Below are positions 13,101-25,615 of a DNA stretch of 63,909 nucleotides, piece by piece. The notes beneath the pieces are model-generated. The model had not been told where the DNA came from, did no database searches, and saw nothing but the letters and a program-made list of their open reading frames with translations. The position numbers and the translations under genes are program-made. The DNA is taken from contig JBHGNT010000013.1 in assembly GCA_043228905.1 (NCBI GenBank), forward strand, positions 12,834,001 to 12,897,909, read 5' to 3'. Numbering within the stretch: position 1 is the first letter of the stretch; each line of letters starts with the position of its first letter. This DNA is from Azolla caroliniana (lineage: Eukaryota > Plantae > Polypodiophyta).

Positions 13101-15001
13101 TTGTCCGATTCTTCTGCTCGGCCACGCCATTCAGCTGCGGCGTGCATCTACATGAGAATTCACGTCGAATTCCCTCCTTCTGTAGATAACTTGTGAACTG
13201 GTCGGAGAAGTACTCTTTCCCACCATCGGACCGTAGGCATTTGATCTTATGATCTGTTTCCCTTTCGGCAAGGCTCTTCACCTTCAGGAAACATGCGAAG
13301 ACTTCGCTCTGCTTCGCAATCATGCATACCCATGTGTGCCGAGTGAAGTCGTCGATGAAGGTTACAAAGTAACGGCTTCCACCGAGATTCACATTCTGTG
13401 CCGGACCCCACACATCGGAATGGATCAAATCCAGCGGACTTCGACTACAATTACGCTTGTTGGGGAATGGAAGTCGGTGTTGTTTTCCCATTTGACAGGC
13501 TTCACAGACTTGGCCATTACGACCCCGAAATTTCAGCAAGCTGAAGACGATGTTCTTCGACTGCATCTCACAAAGCCGTGGGAAATTTACGTGGCCCGCT
13601 TGTGCCACAAGTTGATATCTGATTCAACCTTTTGTCCTTTCGCGTACAACGCGGTGTCGGCTTGATTAGTGTTGAGGATAAACATCCTCCCTTCACGGTG
13701 CCCTTGAGCAATCACTTTGCCTTCCTCTTGTATGAAGCACCCTAGATGCGTGAATCGAACCTGCATTCCTTGGTCGACAATCTGACCGACTGACACTAGG
13801 TTCTTCGTTATTGTTAGGACGTGCAACACGTTCATGAGTTTCCCTTGCTGCCCGATGTGGTTGAGGGGAACGTCACCGACATGTTCGATGGTATGCGGAG
13901 TGTCATCTCCCGTTTCGACCACTCCTTGCGATTCCGGTTTCTCCAAGTACGAGAACCATTCCTCGTGACTCGTCATCGCTCTAGAATCAACATACCACAC
14001 CTCACTTGATTTCGAGGTGTTCACAATCATAGAATTGGCCTTATGGTTCATTACGAAGGCTGGGCCCAATTTGTTTCCGGCTCATTCAGAGCCTTCTGCG
14101 CAGTGCGATCTTTGATGCATCTCTGCGTCTGTTTGGCTTGATCTAACTTTGTTTGAATCGGCTCGCTTTTTCCAGCACTCACTCTCCTTGTGGCCTTTCT
14201 TGCCATAGTACCAGCATTTCGCGGCGGATTTCCCTTGCTGGTTCTCGTCGCCTCAACTCCCCCTATTTCCGGAGGGTCCGGAAGTGCTGTTGGCATCACT
14301 TCGGTGCCTTCTTCCTTGATCCCGTCGCCGCTTCCATTGCGTGCCGACTCGCCTCGTTCGCCACGACCACGGAGCCTATCTCCCTCCGTGTACAACATCT
14401 TGCTATCGGCGTGCATACTCGTCGACACACCCGTGTGGTTCTCCTTTATAAGGAGCATCGACTATAGGTCGAAAAACGACGACGTATTCTCCCGTGTACA
14501 CACAACAGTTCGGAACAGTCCGAACTTCGACGCCAGTCCCCCGAGACAGATCTGCACCATCTCGCCTTCCTCGACGTTCACATCAATGGAGGCTAAGGAG
14601 TTGCATATCTCTTTGATCTTCGAGGTGTATTCAGCCACCGACAAGTCGCGTTGTCGTAAGTTGCTCAATTCCTGTCAGAGTTGAAGCTTCCTGGTTGTGG
14701 TGCTTGCGGCAAAGATCTTTTTTAGATTTCCCCAAGCATCCATTGGCGTTTTCGCATCCCGAATATAGCTTAGAAGTTGTTCGCCCACACAAGACATGAA
14801 GCAGTAGAGAACTCTGCTCGCTAATTGTTCCCACGCTGGGAAATCTTTGTGCGTCGAATCGGGTGTTGTATCATTTGCTCCGTCGACATAGCTCCAGTAA
14901 CAATGCCCGAGCAAGTACTGGTGCATCTTGTAGGACCAAGATGCGTAGTTATTTCTGTCGAGCTTCTCTGTTGGAAGCGAGCTACCCATGCCTCTATCCA
15001 T
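10200..15001 (-). pseudogene. copia polyprotein of D, broken into many ORFs, with an acidic/basic tail after RNase H
   Basis: ORFs 14675-15127, 13587-14069, 12751-13608, 12004-12681, 10919-11851 and 10200-10508. Confidence 0.88.
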
Positions 15002-15414
15002 TTTGTTTTTCCTGTTCTTTACGAAGGTTAGCTTTTCTTTTTGAGCTAAGGTGTAGAGGTTCTCAACCCTCGCGCTCTGATACCATGTAAAAAGAATAGC
15101 GTGCGAAAGCAATAGAAAACCGAACACAGAAACGCAGGTTTAATGGAGAGCTTAGAATATACACAGTACGCGGGAGAGACAGAGAGAGAGACAACACACA
15201 AAACTCAATTAGAAAATAATACTCAATCTGTACATAGGATGTGCTCCGTGAACACTTTTATACAAGTCCATACGGACTGATAGAAGTACTAACACGTACT
15301 TCAATGCTCATAAATGAGCTCTACACTAACTCCCAAAATCTATTGCTACGTGGAATATCTTTCCAACGGCCTCACGGTTTACGCACCACTACGGCTTCTC
15401 GTTGCACACCTATC

Positions 15415-18400
15415 TGTTGGGAATCGACGCTTCGATTCACCTTCACCACTCGACCACAACCGAGTAATCGCGGATCAATGCAGCAGAAAATAGGAAACCA
15501 CAGAGAGAAACACGAATACGCAGGGATTAACGTGGAAAAACCCTAAACGGGAAAAAACCACGGGAGTACAAGACTCCAAACCACCACTATACACAGAGAA
15601 GTATACAATGGCGAGCTACAAGGCGACGACCTTGAGCTCGCTGTCCTCGCCACAGGCGGCGGAAATACAAAGAGGCGTCGTCCTCTTCCTCTCTCACGCT
15701 CTATCTCTCTCTCTCTCTCTCACGGCTGCTCACTCTTCACTCCTCTTGAGTGGAAAAACAGAAAAATAAACAACAACAACAAAACTGTTTGCCCTAAGTC
15801 ATATTTATACACATATGACTTTAGGGCTATTTACAACTATAGCCTCAAGGGGCCCTTGGCAAACATATTCGCAGATATGTCCCCGCATCCGGATCTCTCT
15901 CCGGGTACATTCGTCATCCGGTTCTGAAACCGGGGTCTTCATCATCCGGTTCCGAAAACCGAAACCGGGCTTGTCGGCATTCATCTTCGGACATCCGACC
16001 ATCCCATCCGAAAGGGACCATAATCCCAACAAACTCCCCCTTCACTTCGGTATGGGATGTCTCTCCAATCCTATCCTCTTCCGGCATGCTTCCAGCTTGT
16101 CGGGTGTAAGCACCTTGGTCAGCATATCCGACCCGTTCTCGTCCGTGTGGATCTTCGTCAGCACGAACTCCTTGTCTTCTATCCTTTCCCGGATCCAGTG
16201 ATATCTTCGCTGGATGTGCTTCGTCCGGGAGTGATAGGCCGCGTTCTTCGCAAGGTGGATTGCGCTCTGACTGTCGCAGTAGAGTCGGTACTCCTCCTGT
16301 CGGATACCGAGCTCTCTAATGAAGTCCTTCATCCATATCATTTCCTTGCCGGCTTCAACAGCCGCCATGTACTCTGCCTCCGTGGTTGACAACGCAACCG
16401 TCTTCTGCAGCCTCGACTGCCATGAAACAGCTCCCCCTGCATACGTCATCACATACCCTGATGTGGACCGGCTAGTATCTGCATCAGCCGACATATCCGA
16501 ATCGGTGAAGCCGTCGAGTTCGGGCTTACCGGAGCCGAATCGGAGGCACACGTTTGCCGTGCCCTTCAGGTATCGGAGTATCCACTTGGCCGCGTTCCAA
16601 TGCTCTTTGCCGGGATTGCTCATGTACCGGCTCACCACTCCGACTGCATATCCGATGTCCGGTCTCGTACACACCATGGCGTACATCAAGCTCCCGACGG
16701 CTGAGGCATACGGCACTTTCATCATATCCTCCTTTTCAGCCTTTGTCTTGGGACTTTGCTTGCTGGACAGCTTGCAGTTTGCCGGGAGGGTCGATCCGAC
16801 CGGTCTTGCTTCCGACATGTTGAACCGGTGAAGCACCTTCGTCACGTACTTCTCCTGTGACAGCCACAACAGCTTCTTCTTCCGGTCTCGGATGATGTGT
16901 ATCCCTAGTATTTGTCTCGCCGAACCCAGGTCCTTCATTGAGAAGGTTCGGTGAAGAGCCTTCTTCAGCATCCGTATCTTGACCTGGTCCCGTCCGACGA
17001 TCAACATGTCGTCCACGTACAGGAGGAGTATTAGAAAGTCTCCTCCTTCGAACTTCTTCACAAACACGCAGTGGTCGGACTGCGTTTTGAGATACCCTTC
17101 GTCGGTCATGAAGGAGTCGAACTTCCGGTACCATTGCCGGGGAGCCTGCTTCAGTCCGTAAAGGCTCTTCTTCAACCGGCATACCAGGTGCTCCTTCCCT
17201 TTCTTCTCGAATCCTTCCGGTTGCTGCATGTAGATCTCTTCATCGAGGTCACCGTGAAGGAATGCCGTCTTCACGTCCATCTGTTCTACCTCGAGGTCCA
17301 TGCTTGCCGCTATGCTCAGCACCGTCCGGATGGAGGTCATCTTCACTACCGGGGCAAATATCTCGTCGAAGTCGACGCCCTTCTTCTGCTGAAACCCCTT
17401 CACCACGATCCTGGCCTTGTATCTCGGGGGGTTTCCGGCATCTCCCGGTTTCAGCTTGAACACCCACTTGTTACGGAGTGCCCGTTTTCCTTTCGGCAGC
17501 TCCACAAGTTCATATGTGTGGTTCTCATGCAGGGAATCCATCTCGTCCTGCATGGCACTCAACCACCTGCGGCTCTGGGTGTCATGCTTTGCCTCTTCAA
17601 AGCTCTCTGGCTCCCCCTCGTCGGTTAGCAACAGGTGCTCTGGTTCCGGAAATCTCCGGGGGGCCCTTCTCTCTCTTAGAGGATATCTCCGTTCCGGAGC
17701 TTCGGTAACCGGTTCTTCCGATTCTTCTTCATCCGAATCCATTTCGGGATCGGGGCCGGTTCCGGTATCATTTTCATCTTCTTCGGCCGGTTCTGTTTCT
17801 TCACCGTCTTCGGCCGGATCCTCGAGTGCTAACCGGTCCCTTGCCGGTCGGGACTGCTCCTCGTAGAGTTGATCCTCACCGGTCGACTTGGAGCTCTTCA
17901 TCTTCTTCTCCGACTCCCAGTCGGCGAGTGTCTTGTTCTCCATGAAGATGATGTCTCGACTCCTGAATATCTTCTTGTCGACCGGGTCCCATACTCGGTA
18001 GCCGAACTCGTCGTCGCCGTAACCGAGGAATATGCATGGCCGGGTCTTTGGATCTAGCTTTCCTCTCCGGTCCTTTGCCACATGCACGTATGCGAGACAC
18101 CCGAACACCTTCAGATGCCGGTAGGATACTTCTCTACCGGTCCACACTCTCTGCGGCGTGTCTCCGTCCAAAGGTACTGAGGGTGATCGGTTTATCACAT
18201 ATGTCGCCGTCGACATTGCCTCAGCCCAAAACCCCTTGGGTAATTTCGCATGCGCCAGCATACTCCGGACCCTCTCCATTATGGTCCGGTTCATCCTCTC
18301 GGCCAGCCCGTTCAGTTCCGGCGTCTTCGGCACAGTAAACTCGAGCCGGATTCCCTTCGAGCGACAATACTCCTGGAACTGTCCCCGGTATTCCCCTCCG

Positions 18401-20760
18401 TTATCCGCTCGTATCGCTTTCAGTTTCTTGCCGGATTCCCTTTCCACTCTCGCGTGGAGTTCTTTGAAGACGCACAACACTTGGTCCTTTGTCTTCAACG
18501 GTGCCGACCACAGCTTCCGGCTGTGATCATCAATGAATGTTACGAAGTACTGGGCTCCGCCATGTGACTTCGTTTCTACCTGACACACATCGGTGTGCAC
18601 CAACTCCAATGGTGCTCTACGTCTCGTCGGTGGCCTTGAGTGGAAGGAGGTTCGGTTCTGCTTACCGGCCAGGCAATCGGTGCACTTCTCCAGGTGCACA
18701 TGCTTCACTGGAATAAGGTTGTCTTCTGCAAGCCTCTTCATCCCCTTCTCACTCATGTGACACAGTCTTTTGTGCCACAGCTCACCGGCAGTGTCGGCTG
18801 CCACATTCAGCTCTTCCGGACATAACCGGGCATTCATCAGGTACAGTGTGTTGTCTTTCCGGGCCCGAGCCACTATCAGGCTCCCCTTGCTGAACTTCAT
18901 CACGCCGTTCCGGATGCTACCTGTGTAGCCTTCATCGTCTAGCCTCCCGGCCGAAATCAGGTTCAATCGAACCTCCGGAACGTGTCGGACATCCTTCAGT
19001 AGCATTTTGCATCCGGTCGGGGTTGTCAACCACACGTCTCCTATGCCGGCAATCCGGCACGTACCTTCATTTCCCATCCGAACACAGCCATGCTCACCGG
19101 CTGTGTAGGATGAGAAGTATCTTCTCTTCGGGGTCAGGTGGAACGATGCTCCGGAATCGACCACCCAGGTCGTCTCATCGCCGGCAATGTTTAGTTCACC
19201 TTCTTCGGTGATGACCATGATTTCTTCCTCACTTGCCGCGAGTGCCGTCGTTCCTTTCCTGTCCTGCCCTCGCCGATCCGAACCTCTCCGGTCCGTGGCT
19301 CCCCGGTATGCACCGTTTCTCTCCGGTGACTTCTTCGAATCGGTGTCGTCGGCTCCGTTGTCTTTTCGGTAATGCCGACAATTCTTTCGGAAGTGCCCCG
19401 GCTTCCCACAGTGGAAGCATGTGGGCCTTCCTCTTGACTGCGACCGGGTCCCCGACTTCTCCCGTCTTTGCGGACTCCGGTTCCATTGTCTTCCCCGATC
19501 CGATTCGGTAAGCAGCGCCTTCGGGTCGGAGGCCGGTTCTTTATCTCTCCGACGCGCTTCTTCATTCAGAATACTCGTCTTTACCGTTTGCAAGGACAAG
19601 TTATCTTCTGTGCAGGAGGTGCTGAGAGTCACCACCAAGTTCTCCCAGCTTTCCGGCAATGTACACATCAGGATGATGGCTTGCATTGCATCCTCCAACG
19701 GGAACTTGATCGCCGCAAGCTGATTCACGAATCCCATGAACGTGCTTACGTGTTCCACCATACTCTCGCCGTCCCGATACTTGAGGTTCACTATCTTCCT
19801 CATCAGGGAGGTCCGGTTCAACGCATTCTTCCTCTCGTAGAGGCCCGACAGCTTCTTCCACATCTCATATGCGTTGGTGTCGTTCGCCACATGTTGTAGG
19901 ACGCTTACATCGACATATTGTCGGATCGTCGCTACGGCTTTCCGGTTCAGGAGCTTCCACTCCGACTCAAGTACCCCTTTCGGTATTTCCGACCTGTCAA
20001 TCGGTTCGTACAGGTCCCGAACAATCAGAAGATCCTCCATCTTGATCTTCCAGTCGGCGTAATTCTGCGCAGTCAACACCATCATCCCCGGCTGCCCGCT
20101 GCCGCCGCCTTCCATTTTCTGCAGCAACCCGCTCTGATACCAGTTTGTTGGGAATCGATGCTTCGATTCACCTTCACCACTCGACCACAACCGAGTAATC
20201 GCGGATCAATGCAGCAGAAAATAGGAAACCACAGAGAGAAACACGAATACGCAGGGATTAACGTGGAAAAACCCTAAACGGGAAAAAACCACGGGAGTAC
20301 AAGACTCCAAACCACCACTATACACAGAGAAGTATACAATGGCGAGCTACAAGGCGACGACCTTGAGCTCGCTGTCCTCGCCACAGGCGGCGGAAATACA
20401 AAGAGGCGTCGTCCTCTTCCTCTCTCACGCTCTATCTCTCTCTCTCTCTCACGGCTGCTCACTCTTCACTCCTCTTGAGTGGAAAAACAGAAAAATAAAC
20501 AACAGCAACAAAACTGTTTGCCCTAAGTCATATTTATACACATATGACTTTAGGGCTATTTACAACTATAGCCTCAAGGGGCCCTTGGCAAACATATTCG
20601 CAGATATGTCCCCGCATCCGGATCTCTCTCCGGGTACATTCGTCATCCGGTTCTGAAACCGGGGTCTTCATCATCCGGTTCCGAAAACCGAAACCGGGCT
20701 TGTCGGCATTCATCTTCGGACATCCGACCATCCCATCCGAAAGGGACCATAATCCCAACA
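15415..20760 (-). mobile_element. Element E: intact young Ty1/copia; 3' LTR 15415-16031, 5' LTR 20146-20760
   Basis: TSD CTATC both sides, PBS-iMet 20131-20142, PPT AGGGGGAGTT 16032-16041. By eye the LTRs differ by about 2 substitutions and one CT repeat unit. Confidence 0.98.
16042..20115 (-). CDS. Intact copia Gag-Pol polyprotein (1357 aa from MEGGGSG)
   Basis: CCHC CFHCGKPGHFRKNC, protease WVVDSGAS, integrase HHCC and DDE, RT YVDD, RNase H; no stops. Confidence 0.97.
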   Translation of the reverse strand: MEGGGSGQPGMMVLTAQNYADWKIKMEDLLIVRDLYEPIDRSEIPKGVLESEWKLLNRKAVATIRQYVDVSVLQHVANDTNAYEMWKKLSGLYERKNALNRTSLMRKIVNLKYRDGESMVEHVSTFMGFVNQLAAIKFPLEDAMQAIILMCTLPESWENLVVTLSTSCTEDNLSLQTVKTSILNEEARRRDKEPASDPKALLTESDRGRQWNRSPQRREKSGTRSQSRGRPTCFHCGKPGHFRKNCRHYRKDNGADDTDSKKSPERNGAYRGATDRRGSDRRGQDRKGTTALAASEEEIMVITEEGELNIAGDETTWVVDSGASFHLTPKRRYFSSYTAGEHGCVRMGNEGTCRIAGIGDVWLTTPTGCKMLLKDVRHVPEVRLNLISAGRLDDEGYTGSIRNGVMKFSKGSLIVARARKDNTLYLMNARLCPEELNVAADTAGELWHKRLCHMSEKGMKRLAEDNLIPVKHVHLEKCTDCLAGKQNRTSFHSRPPTRRRAPLELVHTDVCQVETKSHGGAQYFVTFIDDHSRKLWSAPLKTKDQVLCVFKELHARVERESGKKLKAIRADNGGEYRGQFQEYCRSKGIRLEFTVPKTPELNGLAERMNRTIMERVRSMLAHAKLPKGFWAEAMSTATYVINRSPSVPLDGDTPQRVWTGREVSYRHLKVFGCLAYVHVAKDRRGKLDPKTRPCIFLGYGDDEFGYRVWDPVDKKIFRSRDIIFMENKTLADWESEKKMKSSKSTGEDQLYEEQSRPARDRLALEDPAEDGEETEPAEEDENDTGTGPDPEMDSDEEESEEPVTEAPERRYPLRERRAPRRFPEPEHLLLTDEGEPESFEEAKHDTQSRRWLSAMQDEMDSLHENHTYELVELPKGKRALRNKWVFKLKPGDAGNPPRYKARIVVKGFQQKKGVDFDEIFAPVVKMTSIRTVLSIAASMDLEVEQMDVKTAFLHGDLDEEIYMQQPEGFEKKGKEHLVCRLKKSLYGLKQAPRQWYRKFDSFMTDEGYLKTQSDHCVFVKKFEGGDFLILLLYVDDMLIVGRDQVKIRMLKKALHRTFSMKDLGSARQILGIHIIRDRKKKLLWLSQEKYVTKVLHRFNMSEARPVGSTLPANCKLSSKQSPKTKAEKEDMMKVPYASAVGSLMYAMVCTRPDIGYAVGVVSRYMSNPGKEHWNAAKWILRYLKGTANVCLRFGSGKPELDGFTDSDMSADADTSRSTSGYVMTYAGGAVSWQSRLQKTVALSTTEAEYMAAVEAGKEMIWMKDFIRELGIRQEEYRLYCDSQSAIHLAKNAAYHSRTKHIQRRYHWIRERIEDKEFVLTKIHTDENGSDMLTKVLTPDKLEACRKRIGLERHPIPK

Positions 20761-22042
20761 CTATCTACGCACCCGATTTATGCACCGGTCCGGCCTAATC
20801 GATCAATCCCAACCGATCTGGTTCTCGGCTTGCACAGCCGATCCGGCCAATGTTGAGCTTGGACCTCAACAATCTTTAACTTACGCAGTGTCTTGTCAGT
20901 GAACCGGTGCCCTATGCTCGCCGGATCTCGCAAACTCGGGTCGGTCACGACACCCTTCATCCGCTCCCAGTTGTCCTCCGGTAAGGGAGCCACAACTGGC
21001 CCCACCTTCTAGCCCACAGTCTTATACTTCGCGTCGACTCGGGTAGTCCGACCCTACCCGACCATCCACATGAACTTCTTTATTTCCTCGTACATTTCCT
21101 CGTCTCATTTGGTGACCTCTCGAACCCGCATCTCTGCACGGTCCGCGTCTTCCTTCCCCAGCTTCTTCCCCGAGAAGCCTTCAAGCACAACCAGCCAAAA
21201 CCCGGTGTCCTTTCCTACCTTGGTGTTCTCCCCTTCGACCCGAATACTGGCCGATGCCGAGTAGTGGATGGTCTCTACGTGTTGCTCGCAACCTCCTCCA
21301 TTAGTCTCTTCATACTGTCCTGTCCAGTGTTCATCTCGAGGGGCCTAAGCGCTCGTGTGTACCCGGCCGTTCCAAAGGTACAACACGTTGTTCTTTAGCG
21401 CCTCGGCAAAGTCGGCACAGTCTCTCCGAATGTGGTCTACTCCATCACACCATATGCACCTCGGGTCATTGGGCAAACGTTGATAATGCAATTGGCCTCC
21501 GCCTTCCCTCCGGGTTTGAGCAATCTAGAGGTCATGAACCATCTTTGTTAGTTCCTCCAATTCCTCCACGGTCCGATCCAGCGCCGAAAGACATGCGAAC
21601 TGCTTCTGGAATCCCTAGAGAAGCGCTGAGGTGTACCTTCCTTTTTCGGGGCTGTCAACCCAGTCCAAGAGTTCTCATTTTGACATTCAGAGCGAGTGTC
21701 GATGCCGTATCTCTCGAGGATTCGCTCCTCGAACTCCGTCTAGTTACGACAATCGGCTTCTATTTCGAGCACCTTCGCGTGGATGCTCGACATGACAACT
21801 TGGGGAAATCCGGACAACTACCTGTCCTCCGGGATGTCCCGCATCAACATTTCGGCCTTATAGGCCTCCAAGTAGCTCGTCACGTCTTTACTATTAAATT
21901 GGTCTGTCGTGCCGACTATCGTTTCAATGGCCCTTTCAAGGCTACCCACACTTTCCCCAACATTCACCAAGTGATCGACAGCCACCGCCATCGCCATCGC
22001 TTCCGCAAGCTCGCTTCCCCTTGGAATGTGTTGGGAAACCGA

Positions 22043-23652
22043 TGTAGGGAAGATATGACAAAGACACGTGAACTTGAGGCAGAACCCCGGGGCCTCTAAC
22101 AAGAGGATATCAATTTCGTGCATTTATACTTTAAGAATTAACAAAAATGAGAAAATTTAGTAATTTTTCATTAGCAAAGAAAAGAAAATTACAATCTATC
22201 CCAAGATTGGGATTACAGAAGTTTAGGCCTAAAGATATTAATAGATAAGAAAAATTAGGGTTTTTGAGAGATATGCCTTCCGTAAGGAAAAGTAGGGTTT
22301 TTCAAGAGATATCGCTTCCGTAAGGAAAATTAGGGTTTTTTGAGAGATGGCTTCGATAAGAAAAAATTAGGGTTAGTGTTTTTCGTGATCGCTTTTTCCT
22401 TCCCTTCCATGAGAAAAAAATTGCCTCTCTCCTTTTCTCCCCCCGTTGCATGCATCCACACATGACCTTTACTTTAGTTAAAAAACGTAAAGTTCAGCTT
22501 GTGCAGGATCTGATTGATCCGTGTGTCTCGACCGACCCGCAACTGATCCGTGCGTCGCGACCATTGCATGCGTCCACACATGACCTTTACTTTAGTTAAA
22601 AAACATAAATTTCGGCCCATGCATGATCCGACCAATCCTTGTGTCCTGACCGACCTGCGACTGATCCGTGCGTCGTGACCGTTGCATGCGTCCACACATG
22701 ACCTTTAGTTTAGTTGCAAGGCCTCTACATTCAGTTGCATGTGTCCACACATGACCTTTACTTTAGTTAAAAAACGTAAAGTTCGGCCTGTGCATGATCC
22801 GATCGATCCGTGTGTCTCGACCGACCCACAACTAATCCGTGCATCGTGACCGTTACATGCGTCCACACATGACCTTTACTTTAGTTAAAAACGTAAAGTT
22901 CAACCCATGCATGATCCGACCGATCCTTATGTCCTGATCGACCCGAGATCGATCCGTGCGTTGTGACCGTTGGATGCGTCCACACACGACCTTTACTTTA
23001 GTTGCATGGCCTCTATGTTCAGTTGTATGCGTCCACACATGACCTTTACTTTAGTTAAAAAACGTAAAGTTCAGCTTGTGCATGATCCGACCGATCCGTG
23101 TGTCCCGACCAACCCGCAACCAATCCGTGCATCGCGACCGATGCATGCATCCACACATGACGTTTACTTTAGTTAAAATACGTAAAGTTCGGCCCGTGCA
23201 TGGTCTGACCGATCCATGTGTCCCGATCGACCTAGGACCGACCCATGTGTCAAGACCCAGATGTTCCGAACCATTCCAAAATCATTTCGAGCAATTCATT
23301 CACAATTATCCGTCTAGGCAGTTTGACTGCATCCGTTTATCCGAACAATCTGGGCCAAATCACCTTGACCGTTTTGTGCTCCAAATGCACACATAAAATA
23401 ATTGGTTTTGGGTCTGGTTATATACTGCTGGATCCGATGTTGCCATATCTATGTGCGATATCTTACAGTTCTGTTTCCCCCATCTTCTCAAACTTCATAC
23501 TCACATTCTTGATACTTAGTTGTCCATTTCATATGTAGTAAAATGCATTCGGAAGCTCTTGAAGACGTCCATCTTTCCATACCAAGCCATTAAGCTAATC
23601 TAAAATAATTATTTCAATATTTTTCATATCGTGTGTGAAGAACCACACGACA
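22043..23652 (-). mobile_element. Solo LTR (1610 bp) of the Trp-PBS Ty3 group containing a satellite array
   Basis: TG...CA ends, 4-bp flanks CCGA/CCGG, U5 motif CCCCGGGGTTCTGCCTCA shared with A and I LTRs. Confidence 0.72.
22445..23245. repeat. Tandem satellite with 118-118-53 higher-order structure
   Basis: CCACACA(T/C)GAC anchor at 22456, 22574, 22692, 22745, 22863, 22980, 23033 and 23151. Confidence 0.9.
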
Positions 23653-23880
23653 CCGGTCCCTCGGGATGGGATCCAGATGAGAACCAGATGAGCCGAATCG
23701 GACGAGTCGAAGATATCCGAAAACCGGATTGGATGGACCCAAAAGGTATCCGACTAGACATATTAGTAAATATGTTCCGATGTGACTATTCATGTCATAT
23801 TTGTAAATAGCCCCCAAAGTCATATATAAGTATAAATATAAGTAGGCCAAACAGTTAGTTGTTGTTGCTCTTATTGTTGT

Positions 23881-23944
<64 letters not shown>

Positions 23945-25172
23945 TACAGAACTTGTATCTGTTGTAACCGCCGGTTGGTGAAGCTAGAGCTCGAGGTCAT
24001 TGCCTCGAAGCTCGAGGTCATTGCCTCTTTCTAGTGGTATAGTTTGGAGTCTGTGGGCTCCCGTGATTTTTTCCCAATTAGGGTTTTCCACGTTAACACA
24101 CTATGTCATCTTATTTGTGTTTTCTGTTTTTCCCATAGTAAGTTTAAATCTCAGTTGTGGCCGGGAACGATTCCTCGCAAACTGGTATCAGGGCGAAGTT
24201 CTAAACTTCAAACAAAAGAAAGAAAATGGAAGAGTCATTTGATGTCATGTTCAAGCTCACCGGCCCCAACTACCCAGTGTGGAAGTCGAAGATGAGGGAC
24301 ATGTTAGTGGTTAAAGACCTCTGGCTACCGGTACAAATTGGAGATAAAAGATCGGACAAGATTGATGTCGCGACCTAGGAGGTGATGCATATGAAGACGA
24401 TGACATACATAAGATGCTTCATCGACATGAGCCTGTACAATAACTTCAATATAGATAACAAGGCAAATGAGCTCTGACAGAAGATTGACATGATGTTGGA
24501 GAACAAGAATGTTGTAAATCGAGTCTCAATACTTCGGAAAATGGTGAGGCTTAGACATCAGGACGGCTCCAGCATGGCGGAGCATATGAATGCTTTCCAG
24601 GGATTAATAAATTAGACTTCCTTGCTCGAAGTACCTCTAGCTAACGAGGCACTTGCATTGTTGCTTCTCGGATCCCTTCCGGATAGCTGGGAGATGCTAG
24701 TTGTCACATTGGGAACACCAAACCGGAACGGATGCACTTATCCCTAGTGAGAGTAAAGTTGAGCCTGCTAAATGACGAAGCACACGGGAAGGACCGGGAG
24801 TCCAGAACCGATCTAAAGGTCTTGGTCACGGAAGACGAAAATAACTGGGGGAGAGGCCAGAATCGAAGTCCCCAGAAAGTCGGGGACGAGGTCAAAGTCA
24901 AGGGGGAGGCCCACTTGCTTTTATTGCGGAAAGCTGGGGCACTTCTAGAAGAATGTCTGACACTTCCAGAAAGTCAAAGAGGTCTGGAACTGAAGAAGAT
25001 TCTAGAAAGGAGAGGAACATTGGCAATCACAACAAGCAAAGAGGAACCGTGATGTCGTTCCATCTAACCCCCGGCCGGAAGTGCTTCTCATCCTACATAG
25101 CTAGTGATCACGGCTGCGTAAGGATGGGGAATGAAGGTGCATGCCGAATTGTCCGCATCGGAGATGTGTGGC

Positions 25173-25613
25173 TGTTGCCGTTTAGGAACACGGTCCGCGG
25201 TCAGTCCTTCGACCTAGACCTCAAAGTGGGTGTGGAACAATGAACAGGTGTTTAAGCGTAATGCGTAAGGGAAGAACCCCTGTAACCTATCAGCGTATAA
25301 GGGAAGATGGCTACAACCGAATCCCTATTAAGGGTTACACTTACGTACTACAATGCTTAAGTATTCAAGACACCCACACTGAACTAGCCGTAGCTATACA
25401 CAGAAAATCAGAGAAGATAGAATTCTATTATCAGGCGTTTCTTTACATTCCCCAAAATTACACGCACCTCCATCAGAGGTTTTCTGCCCTTTATATATGC
25501 AGGGTCTAATTAGCCGTTCACGCATCCTGCGTGAACCGTTACATGCGTTATGCTCTTATATAATTTCTTATTCCTACGCTTTTGTCCGGCGGTTACTATG
25601 CCGACGGACAACA
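25173..25613 (-). repeat. 3' LTR of element H (441 bp)
   Basis: TGTTG...CAACA ends. Interrupts F after GDVWL. On minus: TATATAAAGGG, then AATAGA and a T-rich U5-like tract. Confidence 0.75.
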
Positions 25614-25615
25614 CT

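Larger units (their letters stand above)
9771..20871 (-). mobile_element. Element D: full-length degenerate Ty1/copia; 3' LTR 9771-10205, 5' LTR 15086-15414 plus 20761-20871 (split by E)
   Basis: TSD ATCTT (9766-9770 and 20872-20876), PBS TGGTATCAGAGC 15074-15085 (tRNA-iMet), PPT AGGGGGAG 10206-10213, gag-PR-IN-RT(YVDD)-RH fragments. Confidence 0.95.
8003..22028 (-). mobile_element. Element C: degenerate Ty3/gypsy of the A/I group, in pieces (pol 8003-9770; pol start/gag 20872-22028), host of B, D and F
   Basis: RNase H ORF 8063-8689, RT 9423-9716 and gag 21818-22028 are homologous to A and I. The sequence rejoins across D at the ATCTT duplication. Confidence 0.85.
22029..25172 (+). mobile_element. 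Element F: degenerate copia related to E/G; 5' LTR 22029-22042 plus 23653-24179, PBS 24183-24194, gag/PR remnants, cut by H
   Basis: Rejoined LTR start TGTTGGGAAA|CCGGTCCCTCGGGATGGG resembles E/G LTR starts. PBS TGGTATCAGGGC. SYIASDHGCVRMGNEGAC matches the E protease region. Confidence 0.82.

Noticed and set aside
16057-20062. Many antisense and alternate-frame ORFs over E, repeated over G
   Set aside because: Shadow ORFs of GC-rich coding sequence; shared only because the elements are nearly identical.
20116-20190. N-terminal extension of the E ORF (and 47988-48044 for G)
   Set aside because: Non-ATG starts running through the LTR and PBS, not conserved between E and G; the shared ATG is MEGGGSG.
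22445-23245. CRISPR-like periodic repeats
   Set aside because: The intervening sequences are themselves repeated, the context is eukaryotic and there are no cas genes.
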